A stretch of DNA of 64,000 bases, from assembly GCF_009914755.1 (NCBI RefSeq), contig NC_060946.1. The stretch is one strand, 5' to 3'. The translations under genes were made by a program, and so were the position numbers. The notes under the pieces were generated by a model. It searched no databases. It saw only the letters and a program-made list of their open reading frames with translations, and was not told the DNA's origin. This DNA comes from the human T2T-CHM13v2.0 reference genome, Homo sapiens. Shown piece after piece: positions 42,347 to 55,265 of the stretch; within the stretch, counting starts at the first letter, position 1, and each line of letters starts with the position of its first letter.

Positions 42347-45300
42347 GATTAGGAAACCTGCAGCTCCCAGGGGCCCCCACTAATGTTCTAACTCGCAGAA
42401 GGAAGGAGTGTGTGTGCGTGTGTGCGTGTGCGTGTGTGTGTGTGTGTGTGTTTGTGTGTGTGCGGTGTGAGGTATGGGCCCCTTAAGGAAATGGAAATCA
42501 ACCAACCAATGGGACAGACAGACAGACAGACAGACAGAGATTCACTTGCCCAAGTGTTCTGTCCTGTCCTCTGAATCCGCTTTCAAGTCGCAAGACGCTG
42601 TGAGCTCCAAGTCCACGCAGAGTCCGCCAAACGCTCCGGCCGCTGATCCGCTCCGCGAAGATCTGAGTACAGGCCAGCCAGGGTGGGTTTAAATAGCCTC
42701 GGGCGCAGCCTAGCAGCGGAAAGGGCGGAGCTTCACTCCTCCTTTCCATCAGTCACCCCCAACTTTCCCAGGCTACACCTCGTAGGAAACTGTTCTCCTG
42801 CTTTGATTTCATGCGCCACCTTTGGGACAATCTAAGAACTTACAGGTTTTCTTGGCCAGATTTATTAGGAATTGTATGCACTGAAACACTGAAAACCAAC
42901 TAGTGGTTCTGTGCTTCCCACGTTGTGGTTTTGACACCAGCAGCATCCTTGCCACAATCAAACCCCGGAGATCCGCAGATCTGTGTTGTAACAAGACCTC
43001 CCCCTGACCCTGATGCATGGCAGTTGAAGAAGTCTTTCCGTGTAAGCGAAAAGACTTTGAAGAAAAGGTGGAGATATGCGTAGTATAAACATTCTTTGGC
43101 TCTGGAACCACGTAGAGACTTGGGAGCCAGTTGGGTGGAGCATTCGTTGGATGAGGGTGCTCGGGTTAGGAATATCAAGGTGTGGCTCCAGATAATGCAA
43201 TCATCTAATTAAGATTCCAGTTATGCTCATCTGTTTTAAAATTCCGTTTGGGTAAATTCTTTTAGTCAGACTGAGAATGGCAAAGCCTCAACCCCAATTT
43301 CCAGGGAGGGTGGAGAGCCTCAGGTGGAGTTGATCACCAATAGCCTATGGTTTAACCCATCATGCCTATAGAATGAGGTCTCCATCAAAACCCAAAAGGA
43401 CTGGGTTCAGAGAGCTTCTGGATAACACTTCCTGGAAGGTAGTGCACCCCTCCCCGCATGCCGGGCCCCACATTTATTTCTGAACTTTGTGCAATGTCCG
43501 CTAAAATACAACGGCAAATGTAAGTGTTTCCCTGCGTGCTGTGAGCTCTTCCAGCAAATGAATGCAACTAAATCTGGGAGTGGTGGCAACCTGATTTATA
43601 GCCAGTTGCTGAGAAGCACAGGTAAAACAACGTAGGGCTTCCCATTGTTATTGGTGTGGGAGGCCTGTCTGGCGGGACTCGGCCCTTTGGAATCTAATGC
43701 TATGTCCCGGTAGATAGCGTCACCATTGAATTAGAAGACACACATATGTGGAGAATAATCTTTCTGGTCATTTACTGCATGTCATATTTACAATATGTAA
43801 TCAAATTCTTTATCCTGACCTTATGGCACCTGGGTTTAGGACCATGATTTGAACCAAACGTTGGTCTGTCACTTTCTGAGTTTGAAACTTTATTTTGCCT
43901 TTAGCGTTTTGCTATTGCTTTTTCGTTTTCTTTTGTTTCGTTTCGTTTCTAAGTTCTGGGGTATATGTGCAGGATGTGCAGATTTGTTACTAAGGTAAAC
44001 GTGTGCCATGGTGGTTTGCTGCACCTGTCAACCCGTCACCTAGGTATTAAGCCCAGCATGCAGTAGCTGTTTTTCTTAACGCTCTGCCTCCCGAAAGGCC
44101 CCAGTGTGTGTTGTTCCCCTTCCTGTGTCCATGGGATCTCACTTTTCAGCTCCCATTATAAGTGAGAAGGTGGCGTTTGGTTTTCTTTCCCTGGATTAGT
44201 TTGCTGACGATAATGACCACACATCACCACTGTTTTTGTTTTTTAGTATAAAGAGTAGTATTTTATTGAATAAGATTTGCTCACAGAAAAATAAGCTTAA
44301 ATCTACAATGAATGCCAGACCCTACAGCAGAAAGCAATTTTCTCACTTTTCCACACACAATGGTTCCTACTAAGTGAAAAAAAAGCCATAAAATTTCATT
44401 CACAAATGTACTACTCTGTCTCAAAACATCTCACGTAATCATGCACTGTACTAAAGCCATCAGATCAGTTCTTCAGTCAGGTTAAAGAAGTATCCCTCTA
44501 ATAACTGACTTTTATAATGCTATCAATATCCACTCCCAATCAGTCTGCCATTGTTAATGGTGTACAGCATTACTGAATACAACGGAATTGATGACGCCCA
44601 TATCCACAGACAAACCGTGACTTATGATGGTTTGACTTATGATTTTTCAACGTTATGATGGGTTTATTGGAATATTAGATTCGTTTCTGAGTTACACTGG
44701 GTTTATGAGTATGCGACCCTACACTCCAGAAACAGCTGTATAAGGAAAAACAGGAGTACCTAATAAAAATATGCTTAGTGACTTGGGATAAACCAATAGA
44801 TGTTCACAAGTGATGGAGAGTCGTGAAAGAGAGATAGCGGTAAATAGTTACAATAACACAATTTTCCTGCACCTGTCGAGGATTTCCCCCAAAAAACGCA
44901 GAATGTGGGATGCACCTAAGGCATATGAAAGAGAGAGGGCAGAAGGAGTAAGAGAGAAATAGGAGGAAGGAAGGAAGGAAGGAAGCAAGGAAGAAAGGAA
45001 GGAAGGAAAGAAGGAAGGAAGGACGGAAGGAAGGAAGGAAGGAAGGAAGGAAGGAAGGAAAGAAGGATGAAAGGAAGGAGAAAACACCGGTGTTACTAAA
45101 ACCCCCCAAAAAATGGTTTCCCCCTGTGGGTAAGCCTATAATGTGGATGAATCTTGAAAATATTGTGCTACGTGTTATGTCAGTCATAGCAGCTCACCTA
45201 TTGTGCAATTCCGTTTATAGGAAATGTCCACAATATGGAAATCTATGCATATGGGATTGATCGCACTAGGTAGTTGCTACCTAGGGCTGAGGGTCAGGGA

Positions 45301-45676
45301 GAGGGTTTGAGACAGAATGAGGAGTGACTAATGTCTACAGGGTCTTTCTCTGGTCGGGGGTGATAAGACGTTTTACAATGGATTGCGAATTAAAATTGAA
45401 TGTGCACAACCACAGGTATACTAAAAGCCACTCAATTCATGACCTTTAATGGGGGAATCTTACGTGGCGTAGTCTCATGGAGACCACGGCAGACATAGTG
45501 AGAGAGAAAAAGGTGAGTAAATATCTGAAACGGAGGCAGAAACAGAGAGAATGAAAAGCCCTGTGAATGGAAGGGAGAGCGAAAAGGGAAAATGGTCCTA
45601 TTTACAAATGACAGATGTGAAACTGGGGTTCACATCAACAGTGTCACTGCCAGGAAGGAGGGTCATGCTAGCCATG

Positions 45677-48658
45677 TCACCGGTAGTGTGGCCCGCAGGG
45701 ACGCCGACCTGCTGGAGCGTCGTGCCAGCATGGGCTGTGGCAACCACGTGGGCCAGCAGGAGGTTCCCGCTGCACAGCTGTGGGGTGAGGATAGACTGGG
45801 TGGTGATATCGGCCATTACAGGGGCCTCTTCTGCTGGCAAGAGTGTGACAGTAGCAAGTAGATGGACAGACCTGCGTGTGAGGACGGAATGCAGGAGGGG
45901 TTCTTGTGCGCCTGGGTGTGGGGCCCTCACGGGAACCGTGGAGAAATGGCCAGGTAACTGCGTCATGTGGGCTAGTAGATTGGCCAGGGCTTCGAACTGA
46001 AGGACGATAACGGGGAGTAGCTGTCAGGCCCTGGGAGTGCCTGAGTGTAAGTGGAGATGGGTTTGGGGTCACTGAGGGATGCGTGGGAGCCATCCCTGTA
46101 TAGGTACAGGTCATAGGGAGATAGTCTCGTGAGGCCTGTGAGTGTCTAGGGTTGTCCTGGGTGCCTGGGGCTGACTGTGGCAGAAATCTGGGGAAGGCTG
46201 GAGAGAAGCTGGGAGACCCAGGAGAGTCCCTGAAGGCAGGGGGTGAAGAGGTGAAAGAAATGGGGGAGGGTTGCAGTAAGGTCCGTGAGTTTGTAGGTGA
46301 TTCCTGGGTGCGGGAAGCTGACTCCAGGTGAAATCTGGAGATGGTTGGAGAGTAGCTGAGAGAGACAGAAGAGTCCCTGAGGGCTGGGGGTGAGAACATG
46401 AGGGAGACGGGGGAGTAAGTCAGTGAAATTCGTGAGTTCGGTGGTGTATCGTGGGTGCCTGGAACTGACTCCAGCTGGAATCTAGAGAAGTTTTGAGAGT
46501 AGCTGAAGGAGACACAAGAGTCCCTGTGGGCTGAGGGCAAAGACCTGAGACAGACCAGGGAGGACCTCAGTGAAGTCTGTGAGTCTGTAGGTGATTCCGG
46601 AGTGTGGGAGGCTGACTCCCGCTGAAATCTGGGCGTGGTGGGAGAGTAGCTGGGACAGACAGGAGAGTCCCAGGGGGCTGGGGGTGACGACGTGAGAGAG
46701 ACTGGGGAGTAACTCAGTGAAATTGCTGAGTTGGTTGGTGATACCTGGGTGCCTGGAACTGACCCCCGCTGAAATCTGGGCATGGTTGGAGAGTAGCTGG
46801 GACACACAGGAGAGTCCCTGAGGGCTGGGGGTGAAGACATGAGCGAGACCGGGGAGTAACTGAGTGAAACTGGTGAGTTTGGTGGTGACTCCGGGGTGCC
46901 TGGAACTGACTCCAGCTGAAATGTGGGCGTGGTTGGAGAGTAGCTGGGACAGACAGGAGAGTCCCTGAGGACTGGTGAAGACATGAGAGAGACTGGAGAG
47001 TAATTGAGTGAAATTGGTGAGTTTGGTGGTGATTCCTGGGTGCCTGGAACTGACTCCCGCTGAAGTGTGGGCGTGGTTGGAGAGTAGCTGGGACACACAG
47101 GAGAGTCCCTGAGGGTTGGAGATAAAGACGTGCTAGAGACTGAGGAGTAACTGAGTGAAATTGGTGAGTTTGGTGGTGATTCCGGGGTGCCTGGAACGGA
47201 CTCCAGCTGAAATGTGGGCGTGGTTGGAGAGTAGCTGGGACAGACGGGAGAGTCCCTGAGGGATGGTGAAGACATGAGAGAGACTGGGGAGTAACGCAGT
47301 GAAATTGGTGAGTTTGGTGGTGATTTCTGGGTGCCTGCAACGGACTCCCGCTGAAGTGTGGGCGTGCTTGGAGAGTAGCTGGGACAGACAGGCGAGTCCC
47401 TGAGGGTTGGAGATAAAGACGTGCTGGAGACTGGGGAGTAACTCAGTGAAAGTGGTGGGCTTGGTGGTGATCCCAGGGTTCCTGGAACTGACCCGCGCTG
47501 AAATGTGGGCGTGGTTGGAGAGTAGCTGGGACAGACTGGAGGGTCCGTAAGGGCTGGGGGTGAAGACGTGAGAGAGACTGGCGAGGATCTCACTGAGGTC
47601 TGTGAGTTTGTAGGTGTTTCTGGGGTGTGGGGTACAGACTCCCGCTGAAATCTGGGCGTAGTTGGAGAGTAGCTGGGACAGACAGGAGAGTCATGGGTGG
47701 CTGGGGGTGAGCTGCTGGATGATGGCAGTAAGAACATATGGTACATTATTGATGAATGAGGTGACTGTGAAGAATCTCCAGAGGAGGACACGGGAGAACA
47801 CAATGACATGAGTGACTGTCCTGCTTGGTTAGGAAAGGGAAACGTAAAGTTGTGGAATTCTGTTGATGATGGATGTGAGAGTGGTGAAGCCCTGCGGGAT
47901 GATGTAGAGGACTTCCACATCCCTGGTGAGGAGCTGCCCCTTGGGTCTGAGTTTCTGGGAGGGGAGAGGGAGAAGCTGGGTGAGGCAGGCATGAATCTTG
48001 AGGAGTCAGGGCTGGGGGACCGCTCATATTCTCCCGAGACCTGTGAGTCTCTGGGGGACTCCTGGGTGCATGGGGCTGACTCCCGCAGGAACCTGGGGAT
48101 GGCTGGAGAGTAACTGGGAGCCACAGGAGGGTCCCTGAGGCCTGGGGGTGAAGAGATGCAAGACACAGGGGTGGAGCAGCGTGAGGCTCGTGAGTTTGTA
48201 GGTGATTCCTGGGTGTGGGGGGCTGACTCCAGCTGAAATCTGGGGTTGTTTGGAGAGTAGCTGGGAGACACAGGAGAACCCCCGAGAGCTGGGGGTGAGC
48301 TGCTGGGTGATGGCAGTAAGAACATGTGGTATATTATTGATGAACGTGGGGACTCTGAGGAGTCCTCAGAGGAGGACACGGCAGAGCCCAATGGCTTCAT
48401 TGATTGCCCATCACGGTGAGGACAGGGAAATGGGAGCTTGTGGGATTCTGGTGATGACAGAGGTGAGTGTGGTGAAGCCCTAGGGGATGGTGAATGGTAG
48501 TTCCGGATCCCTGGTGAGGAGCTTCCCCTTAAGCCTGAGTTTCTGAGAGGGGAGAGGGAGAAGCTGGGTGAGGCTCGCATGGACCTTGGGGTGTCCGTGC
48601 TGGGGGACCGTTCATAAGAAGAGCCAGACAAGACCCTACTGTTCTTAGGTGCAGACAT
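45677..48658 (-). CDS. Full-length Ser/Pro-rich CTD-heptad-like repeat protein, 993 aa (unit 8)
   Basis: Uninterrupted 2982-nt ORF ending PCGPHYR. Confidence 0.55.
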   Translation of the reverse strand: MSAPKNSRVLSGSSYERSPSTDTPRSMRASPSFSLSPLRNSGLRGSSSPGIRNYHSPSPRASPHSPLSSPESHKLPFPCPHRDGQSMKPLGSAVSSSEDSSESPRSSIIYHMFLLPSPSSSPPALGGSPVSPSYSPNNPRFQLESAPHTQESPTNSRASRCSTPVSCISSPPGLRDPPVAPSYSPAIPRFLRESAPCTQESPRDSQVSGEYERSPSPDSSRFMPASPSFSLSPPRNSDPRGSSSPGMWKSSTSSRRASPLSHPSSTEFHNFTFPFPNQAGQSLMSLCSPVSSSGDSSQSPHSSIMYHMFLLPSSSSSPPATHDSPVCPSYSPTTPRFQRESVPHTPETPTNSQTSVRSSPVSLTSSPPALTDPPVCPSYSPTTPTFQRGSVPGTLGSPPSPPLSLSYSPVSSTSLSPTLRDSPVCPSYSPSTPTLQRESVAGTQKSPPNSPISLRYSPVSLMSSPSLRDSPVCPSYSPTTPTFQLESVPGTPESPPNSPISLSYSSVSSTSLSPTLRDSPVCPSYSPTTPTLQRESVPGTQESPPNSPISLNYSPVSLMSSPVLRDSPVCPSYSPTTPTFQLESVPGTPESPPNSPVSLSYSPVSLMSSPPALRDSPVCPSYSPTMPRFQRGSVPGTQVSPTNSAISLSYSPVSLTSSPPAPWDSPVCPSYSPTTPRFQRESASHTPESPTDSQTSLRSSLVCLRSLPSAHRDSCVSFSYSQNFSRFQLESVPGTHDTPPNSRISLTYSPVSLMFSPPALRDSSVSLSYSPTISRFHLESASRTQESPTNSRTLLQPSPISFTSSPPAFRDSPGSPSFSPAFPRFLPQSAPGTQDNPRHSQASRDYLPMTCTYTGMAPTHPSVTPNPSPLTLRHSQGLTATPRYRPSVRSPGQSTSPHDAVTWPFLHGSREGPTPRRTRTPPAFRPHTQVCPSTCYCHTLASRRGPCNGRYHHPVYPHPTAVQREPPAGPRGCHSPCWHDAPAGRRPCGPHYR

Positions 48659-48968
48659 GATTAGGAAACCTGCAGCTCCCAGGGGCCCCCACTAATGTTC
48701 TAACTCGCAGAAGGAAGGAGTGTGTGTGCGTGTGTGCGTGTGCGTGTGTGTGTGTGTGTGTGTTTGTGTGTGTGCGGTGTGAGGTATGGGCCCCTTAAGG
48801 AAATGGAAATCAACCAACCAATGGGACAGACAGACAGACAGACAGAGATTCACTTGCCCAAGTGTTCTGTCCTGTCCTCTGAATCCGCTTTCAAGTCGCA
48901 AGACGCTGTGAGCTCCAAGTCCACGCAGAGTCCGCCAAACGCTCCGGCCGCTGATCCGCTCCGCGAAG

Positions 48969-49040
48969 ATCTGAGTACAGGCCAGCCAGGGTGGGTTTAA
49001 ATAGCCTCGGGCGCAGCCTAACAGCGGAAAGGGCGGAGCT
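48969..49040 (-). promoter_or_regulatory. Putative core promoter of unit 8
   Basis: TATTTAAA at 49003-48996, Inr A at 48972, GC box upstream. Confidence 0.6.
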
Positions 49041-52000
49041 TCACTCCTCCTTTCCATCAGTCACCCCCAACTTTCCCAGGCTACACCTCGTAGGAAACTG
49101 TTCTCCTGCTTTGATTTCATGCGCCACCTTTGGGACAATCTAAGAACTTACAGGTTTTCTTGGCCAGATTTATTAGGAATTGTATGCACTGAAACACTGA
49201 AAACCAACTAGTGGTTCTGTGCTTCCCACGTTGTGGTTTTGACACCAGCAGCATCCTTGCCACAATCAAACCCCGGAGATCCGCAGATCTGTGTTGTAAC
49301 AAGACCTCCCCCTGACCCTGATGCATGGCAGTTGAAGAAGTCTTTCCGTGTAAGCGAAAAGACTTTGAAGAAAAGGTGGAGATATGCGTAGTATAAACAT
49401 TCTTTGGCTCTGGAACCACGTAGAGACTTGGGAGCCAGTTGGGTGGAGCATTCGTTGGATGAGGGTGCTCGGGTTAGGAATATCAAGGTGTGGCTCCAGA
49501 TAATGCAATCATCTAATTAAGATTCCAGTTATGCTCATCTGTTTTAAAATTCCGTTTGGGTAAATTCTTTTAGTCAGACTGAGAATGGCAAAGCCTCAAC
49601 CCCAATTTCCAGGGAGGGTGGAGAGCCTCAGGTGGAGTTGATCACCAATAGCCTATGGTTTAACCCATCATGCCTATAGAATGAGGTCTCCATCAAAACC
49701 CAAAAGGACTGGGTTCAGAGAGCTTCTGGATAACACTTCCTGGAAGGTAGTGCACCCCTCCCCGCATGCCGGGCCCCACATTTATTTCTGAACTTTGTGC
49801 AATGTCCGCTAAAATACAACGGCAAATGTAAGTGTTTCCCTGCGTGCTGTGAGCTCTTCCAGCAAATGAATGCAACTAAATCTGGGAGTGGTGGCAACCT
49901 GATTTATAGCCAGTTGCTGAGAAGCACAGGTAAAACAACGTAGGGCTTCCCATTGTTATTGGTGTGGGAGGCCTGTCTGGCGGGACTCGGCCCTTTGGAA
50001 TCTAATGCTATGTCCCGGTAGATAGCGTCACCATTGAATTAGAAGACACACATATGTGGAGAATAATCTTTCTGGTCATTTACTGCATGTCATATTTACA
50101 ATATGTAATCAAATTCTTTATCCTGACCTTATGGCACCTGGGTTTAGGACCATGATTTGAACCAAACGTTGGTCTGTCACTTTCTGAGTTTGAAACTTTA
50201 TTTTGCCTTTAGCGTTTTGCTATTGCTTTTTCGTTTTCTTTTGTTTCGTTTCGTTTCTAAGTTCTGGGGTATATGTGCAGGATGTGCAGATTTGTTACTA
50301 AGGTAAACGTGTGCCATGGTGGTTTGCTGCACCTGTCAACCCGTCACCTAGGTATTAAGCCCAGCATGCAGTAGCTGTTTTTCTTAACGCTCTGCCTCCC
50401 GAAAGGCCCCAGTGTGTGTTGTTCCCCTTCCTGTGTCCATGGGATCTCACTTTTCAGCTCCCATTATAAGTGAGAAGGTGGCGTTTGGTTTTCTTTCCCT
50501 GGATTAGTTTGCTGACGATAATGACCACACATCACCACTGTTTTTGTTTTTTAGTATAAAGAGTAGTATTTTATTGAATAAGATTTGCTCACAGAAAAAT
50601 AAGCTTAAATCTACAATGAATGCCAGACCCTACAGCAGAAAGCAATTTTCTCACTTTTCCACACACAATGGTTCCTACTAAGTGAAAAAAAAGCCATAAA
50701 ATTTCATTCACAAATGTACTACTCTGTCTCAAAACATCTCACGTAATCATGCACTGTACTAAAGCCATCAGATCAGTTCTTCAGTCAGGTTAAAGAAGTA
50801 TCCCTCTAATAACTGACTTTTATAATGCTATCAATATCCACTCCCAATCAGTCTGCCATTGTTAATGGTGTACAGCATTACTGAATACAACGGAATTGAT
50901 GACGCCCATATCCACAGACAAACCGTGACTTATGATGGTTTGACTTATGATTTTTCAACGTTATGATGGGTTTATTGGAATATTAGATTCGTTTCTGAGT
51001 TACACTGGGTTTATGAGTATGCGACCCTACACTCCAGAAACAGCTGTATAAGGAAAAACAGGAGTACCTAATAAAAATATGCTTAGTGACTTGGGATAAA
51101 CCAATAGATGTTCACAAGTGATGGAGAGTCGTGAAAGAGAGATAGCGGTAAATAGTTACAATAACACAATTTTCCTGCACCTGTCGAGGATTTCCCCCAA
51201 AAAACGCAGAATGTGGGATGCACCTAAGGCATATGAAAGAGAGAGGGCAGAAGGAGTAAGAGAGAAATAGGAGGAAGGAAGGAAGGAAGCAAGCAAGGAA
51301 GAAAGGAAGGAAGGAAAGAAGGAAGGAAGGACGGAAGGAAGGAAGGAAGGAAGGAAGGAAGGAAGGAAGGAAGGAAAGAAGGATGAAAGGAAGGAGAAAA
51401 CACCGGTGTTACTAAAACCCCCCAAAAAATGGTTTCCCCCTGTGGGTAAGCCTACAATGTGGATGAATCTTGAAAATATTGTGCTACGTGTTATGTCAGT
51501 CATAGCAGCTCACCTATTGTGCAATTCCGTTTATAGGAAATGTCCACAATATGGAAATCTATGCCTATGGGATTGATCGCACTAGGTAGTTGCTACCTAG
51601 GGCTGAGGGTCAGGGAGAGGGTTTGAGACAGAATGAGGAGTGACTAATGTCTACAGGGTCTTTCTCTGGTCGGGGGTGATAAGACGTTTTACAATGGATT
51701 GCGAATTAAAATTGAATGTGCACAACCACAGGTATACTAAAAGCCACTCAATTCATGACCTTTAATGGGGGAATCTTACGTGGCGTAGTCTCATGGAGAC
51801 CACGGCAGACATAGTGAGAGAGAAAAAGGTGAGTAAATATCTGAAACGGAGGCAGAAACAGAGAGAATGAAAAGCCCTGTGAATGGAAGGGAGAGCGAAA
51901 AGGGAAAATGGTCCTATTTACAAATGACAGATGTGAAACTGGGGTTCACATCAACAGTGTCACTGCCAGGAAGGAGGGTCATGCTAGCCATGTCACCGGT

Positions 52001-52427
52001 AGTGTGGCCCGCAGGGACGCTGACCTGCTGGAGCGTCGTGCCAGCATGGGCTGTGGCAACCACGTGGGCCAGCAGGAGGTTCCCGCTGCACAGCTGTGGG
52101 GTGAGGATAGACTGGGTGGTGATATCGGCCATTACAGGGGCCCTCTTCTGCTGGCAAGAGTGTGACAGTAGCAAGTAGATGGACAGGCCTGCGTGTGAGG
52201 ACGGAATGCAGGAGGGGTTCTTGTGCGCCTGGGTGTGGGGCCCTCACGGGAACCGTGGAGAAATGGCCAGGTAACTGCGTCATGTGGGCTAGTAGATTGG
52301 CCAGGGCTTCGAACTGAAGGACGATAACGGGGAGTAGCTGTCAGGCCCTGGGAGTGCCTGAGTGTAAGTGGAGATGGGTTTGGGGTCACTGAGGGATGCG
52401 TGGGAGCCATCCCTGTATAGGTACAGG

Positions 52428-55265
52428 TCATAGGGAGATAGTCTCGTGAGGCCTGTGAGTGTCTAGGGTTGTCCTGGGTGCCTGGGGCTGACTGTGGCAG
52501 AAATCTGGGGAAGGCTGGAGAGAAGCTGGGAGACCCAGGAGAGTCCCTGAAGGCAGGGGTGAAGAGGTGAAAGAAATGGGGGAGGGTTGCAGTAAGGTCC
52601 GTGAGTTTGTAGGTGATTCCTGGGTGCGGGAAGCTGACTCCAGGTGAAATCTGGAGATGGTTGGAGAGTAGCTGAGAGAGACAGAAGAGTCCCTGAGGGC
52701 TGGGGGTGAGAACATGAGGGAGACGGGGGAGTAAGTCAGTGAAATTCGTGAGTTCGGTGGTGTATCGTGGGTGCCTGGAACTGACTCCAGCTGGAATCTA
52801 GAGAAGTTTTGAGAGTAGCTGAAGGAGACACAAGAGTCCCTGTGGGCTGAGGGCAAAGACCTGAGACAGACCAGGGAGGACCTCAGTGAAGTCTGTGAGT
52901 CTGTAGGTGATTCCGGAGTGTGGGAGGCTGACTCCCGCTGAAATCTGGGCGTGGTGGGAGAGTAGGTGGGACAGACAGGAGAGTCCCAGGGGGCTGGGGG
53001 TGACGACGTGAGAGAGACTGGGGAGTAACTCAGTGAAATTGCTGAGTTGGTTGGTGATACCTGGGTGCCTGGAACTGACCCCCGCTGAAATCTGGGCATG
53101 GTTGGAGAGTAGCTGGGACACACAGGAGAGTCCCTGAGGGCTGGGGGTGAAGACATGAGCGAGACCGGGGAGTAACTGAGTGAAACTGGTGAGTTTGGTG
53201 GTGACTCCGGGGTGCCTGGAACTGACTCCAGCTGAAATGTGGGCGTGGTTGGAGAGTAGCTGGGACAGACAGGAGAGTCCCTGAGGACTGGTGAAGACAT
53301 GAGAGAGACTGGAGAGTAATTGAGTGAAATTGGTGAGTTTGGTGGTGATTCCTGGGTGCCTGGAACTGACTCCCGCTGAAGTGTGGGCGTGGTTGGAGAG
53401 TAGCTGGGACACACAGGAGAGTCCCTGAGGGTTGGAGATAAAGACGTGCTAGAGACTGAGGAGTAACTGAGTGAAATTGGTGAGTTTGGTGGTGATTCCG
53501 GGGTGCCTGGAACGGACTCCTGCTGAAATGTGGGCGTGGTTGGAGAGTAGCTGGGACAGACGGGAGAGTCCCTGAGGGATGGTGAAGACATGAGAGAGAC
53601 TGGGGAGTAACGCAGTGAAATTGGTGAGTTTGGTGGTGATTTCTGGGTGCCTGCAACGGACTCCCGCTGAAGTGTGGGCGTGCTTGGAGAGTAGCTGGGA
53701 CAGACAGGCGAGTCCCTGAGGGTTGGAGATAAAGACGTGCTAGAGACTGAGGAGTAACTGAGTGAAATTGGTGAGTTTGGTGGTGATTCCGGGGTGCCTG
53801 GAACGGACTCCAGCTGAAATGTGGGCGTGGTTGGAGAGTAGCTGGGACAGACGGGAGAGTCCCTGAGGGATGGTGAAGACATGAGAGAGACTGGGGAGTA
53901 ACGCAGTGAAATTGGTGAGTTTGGTGGTGATTTCTGGGTGCCTGCAACGGACTCCCGCTGAAGTGTGGGCGTGCTTGGAGAGTAGCTGGGACAGACAGGC
54001 GAGTCCCTGAGGGTTGGAGATAAAGACGTGCTGGAGACTGGGGAGTAACTCAGTGAAAGTGGTGGGCTTGGTGGTGATCCCAGGGTTCCTGGAACTGACC
54101 CGCGCTGAAATGTGGGCGTGGTTGGAGAGTAGCTGGGACAGACTGGAGGGTCCGTAAGGGCTGGGGGTGAAGACGTGAGAGAGACTGGCGAGGATCTCAC
54201 TGAGGTCTGTGAGTTTGTAGGTGTTTCTGGGGTGTGGGGTACAGACTCCCGCTGAAATCTGGGCGTAGTTGGAGAGTAGCTGGGACAGACAGGAGAGTCA
54301 TGGGTGGCTGGGGGTGAGCTGCTGGATGATGGCAGTAAGAACATATGGTACATTATTGATGAATGAGGTGACTGTGAAGAATCTCCAGAGGAGGACACGG
54401 GAGAACACAATGACATGAGTGACTGTCCTGCTTGGTTAGGAAAGGGAAACGTAAAGTTGTGGAATTCTGTTGATGATGGATGTGAGAGTGGTGAAGCCCT
54501 GCGGGATGATGTAGAGGACTTCCACATCCCTGGTGAGGAGCTGCCCCTTGGGTCTGAGTTTCTGGGAAGGGAGAGGGAGAAGCTGGGTGAGGCAGGCATG
54601 AATCTTGAGGAGTCAGGGCTGGGGGACCGCTCATATTCTCCCGAGACCTGTGAGTCTCTGGGGGACTCCTGGGTGCATGGGGCTGACTCCCGCAGGAACC
54701 TGGGGATGGCTGGAGAGTAACTGGGAGCCACAGGAGGGTCCCTGAGGCCTGGGGGTGAAGAGATGCAAGACACAGGGGTGGAGCAGCGTGAGGCTCGTGA
54801 GTTTGTAGGTGATTCCTGGGTGTGGGGGGCTGACTCCAGCTGAAATCTGGGGTTGTTTGGAGAGTAGCTGGGAGACACAGGAGAACCCCCGAGAGCTGGG
54901 GGTGAGCTGCTGGGTGATGGCAGTAAGAACATGTGGTATATTATTGATGAACGTGGGGACTCTGAGGAGTCCTCAGAGGAGGACACGGCAGAGCCCAATG
55001 GCTTCATTGATTGCCCATCACGGTGAGGACAGGGAAATGGGAGCTTGTGGGATTCTGGTGATGACAGAGGTGAGTGTGGTGAAGCCCTAGGGGATGGTGA
55101 ATGGTAGTTCCGGATCCCTGGTGAGGAGCTTCCCCTTAAGCCTGAGTTTCTGAGAGGGGAGAGGGAGAAGCTGGGTGAGGCTCGCATGGACCTTGGGGTG
55201 TCCGTGCTGGGGGACCGTTCATAAGAAGAGCCAGACAAGACCCTACTGTTCTTAGGTGCAGACAT
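52428..55265 (-). pseudogene. Frameshifted copy, 945 aa ending HETISL, with a mutated TATA box (unit 9)
   Basis: G4 at 52556-52559. The TATA position reads TATGTAAA at 55612-55605. Confidence 0.6.
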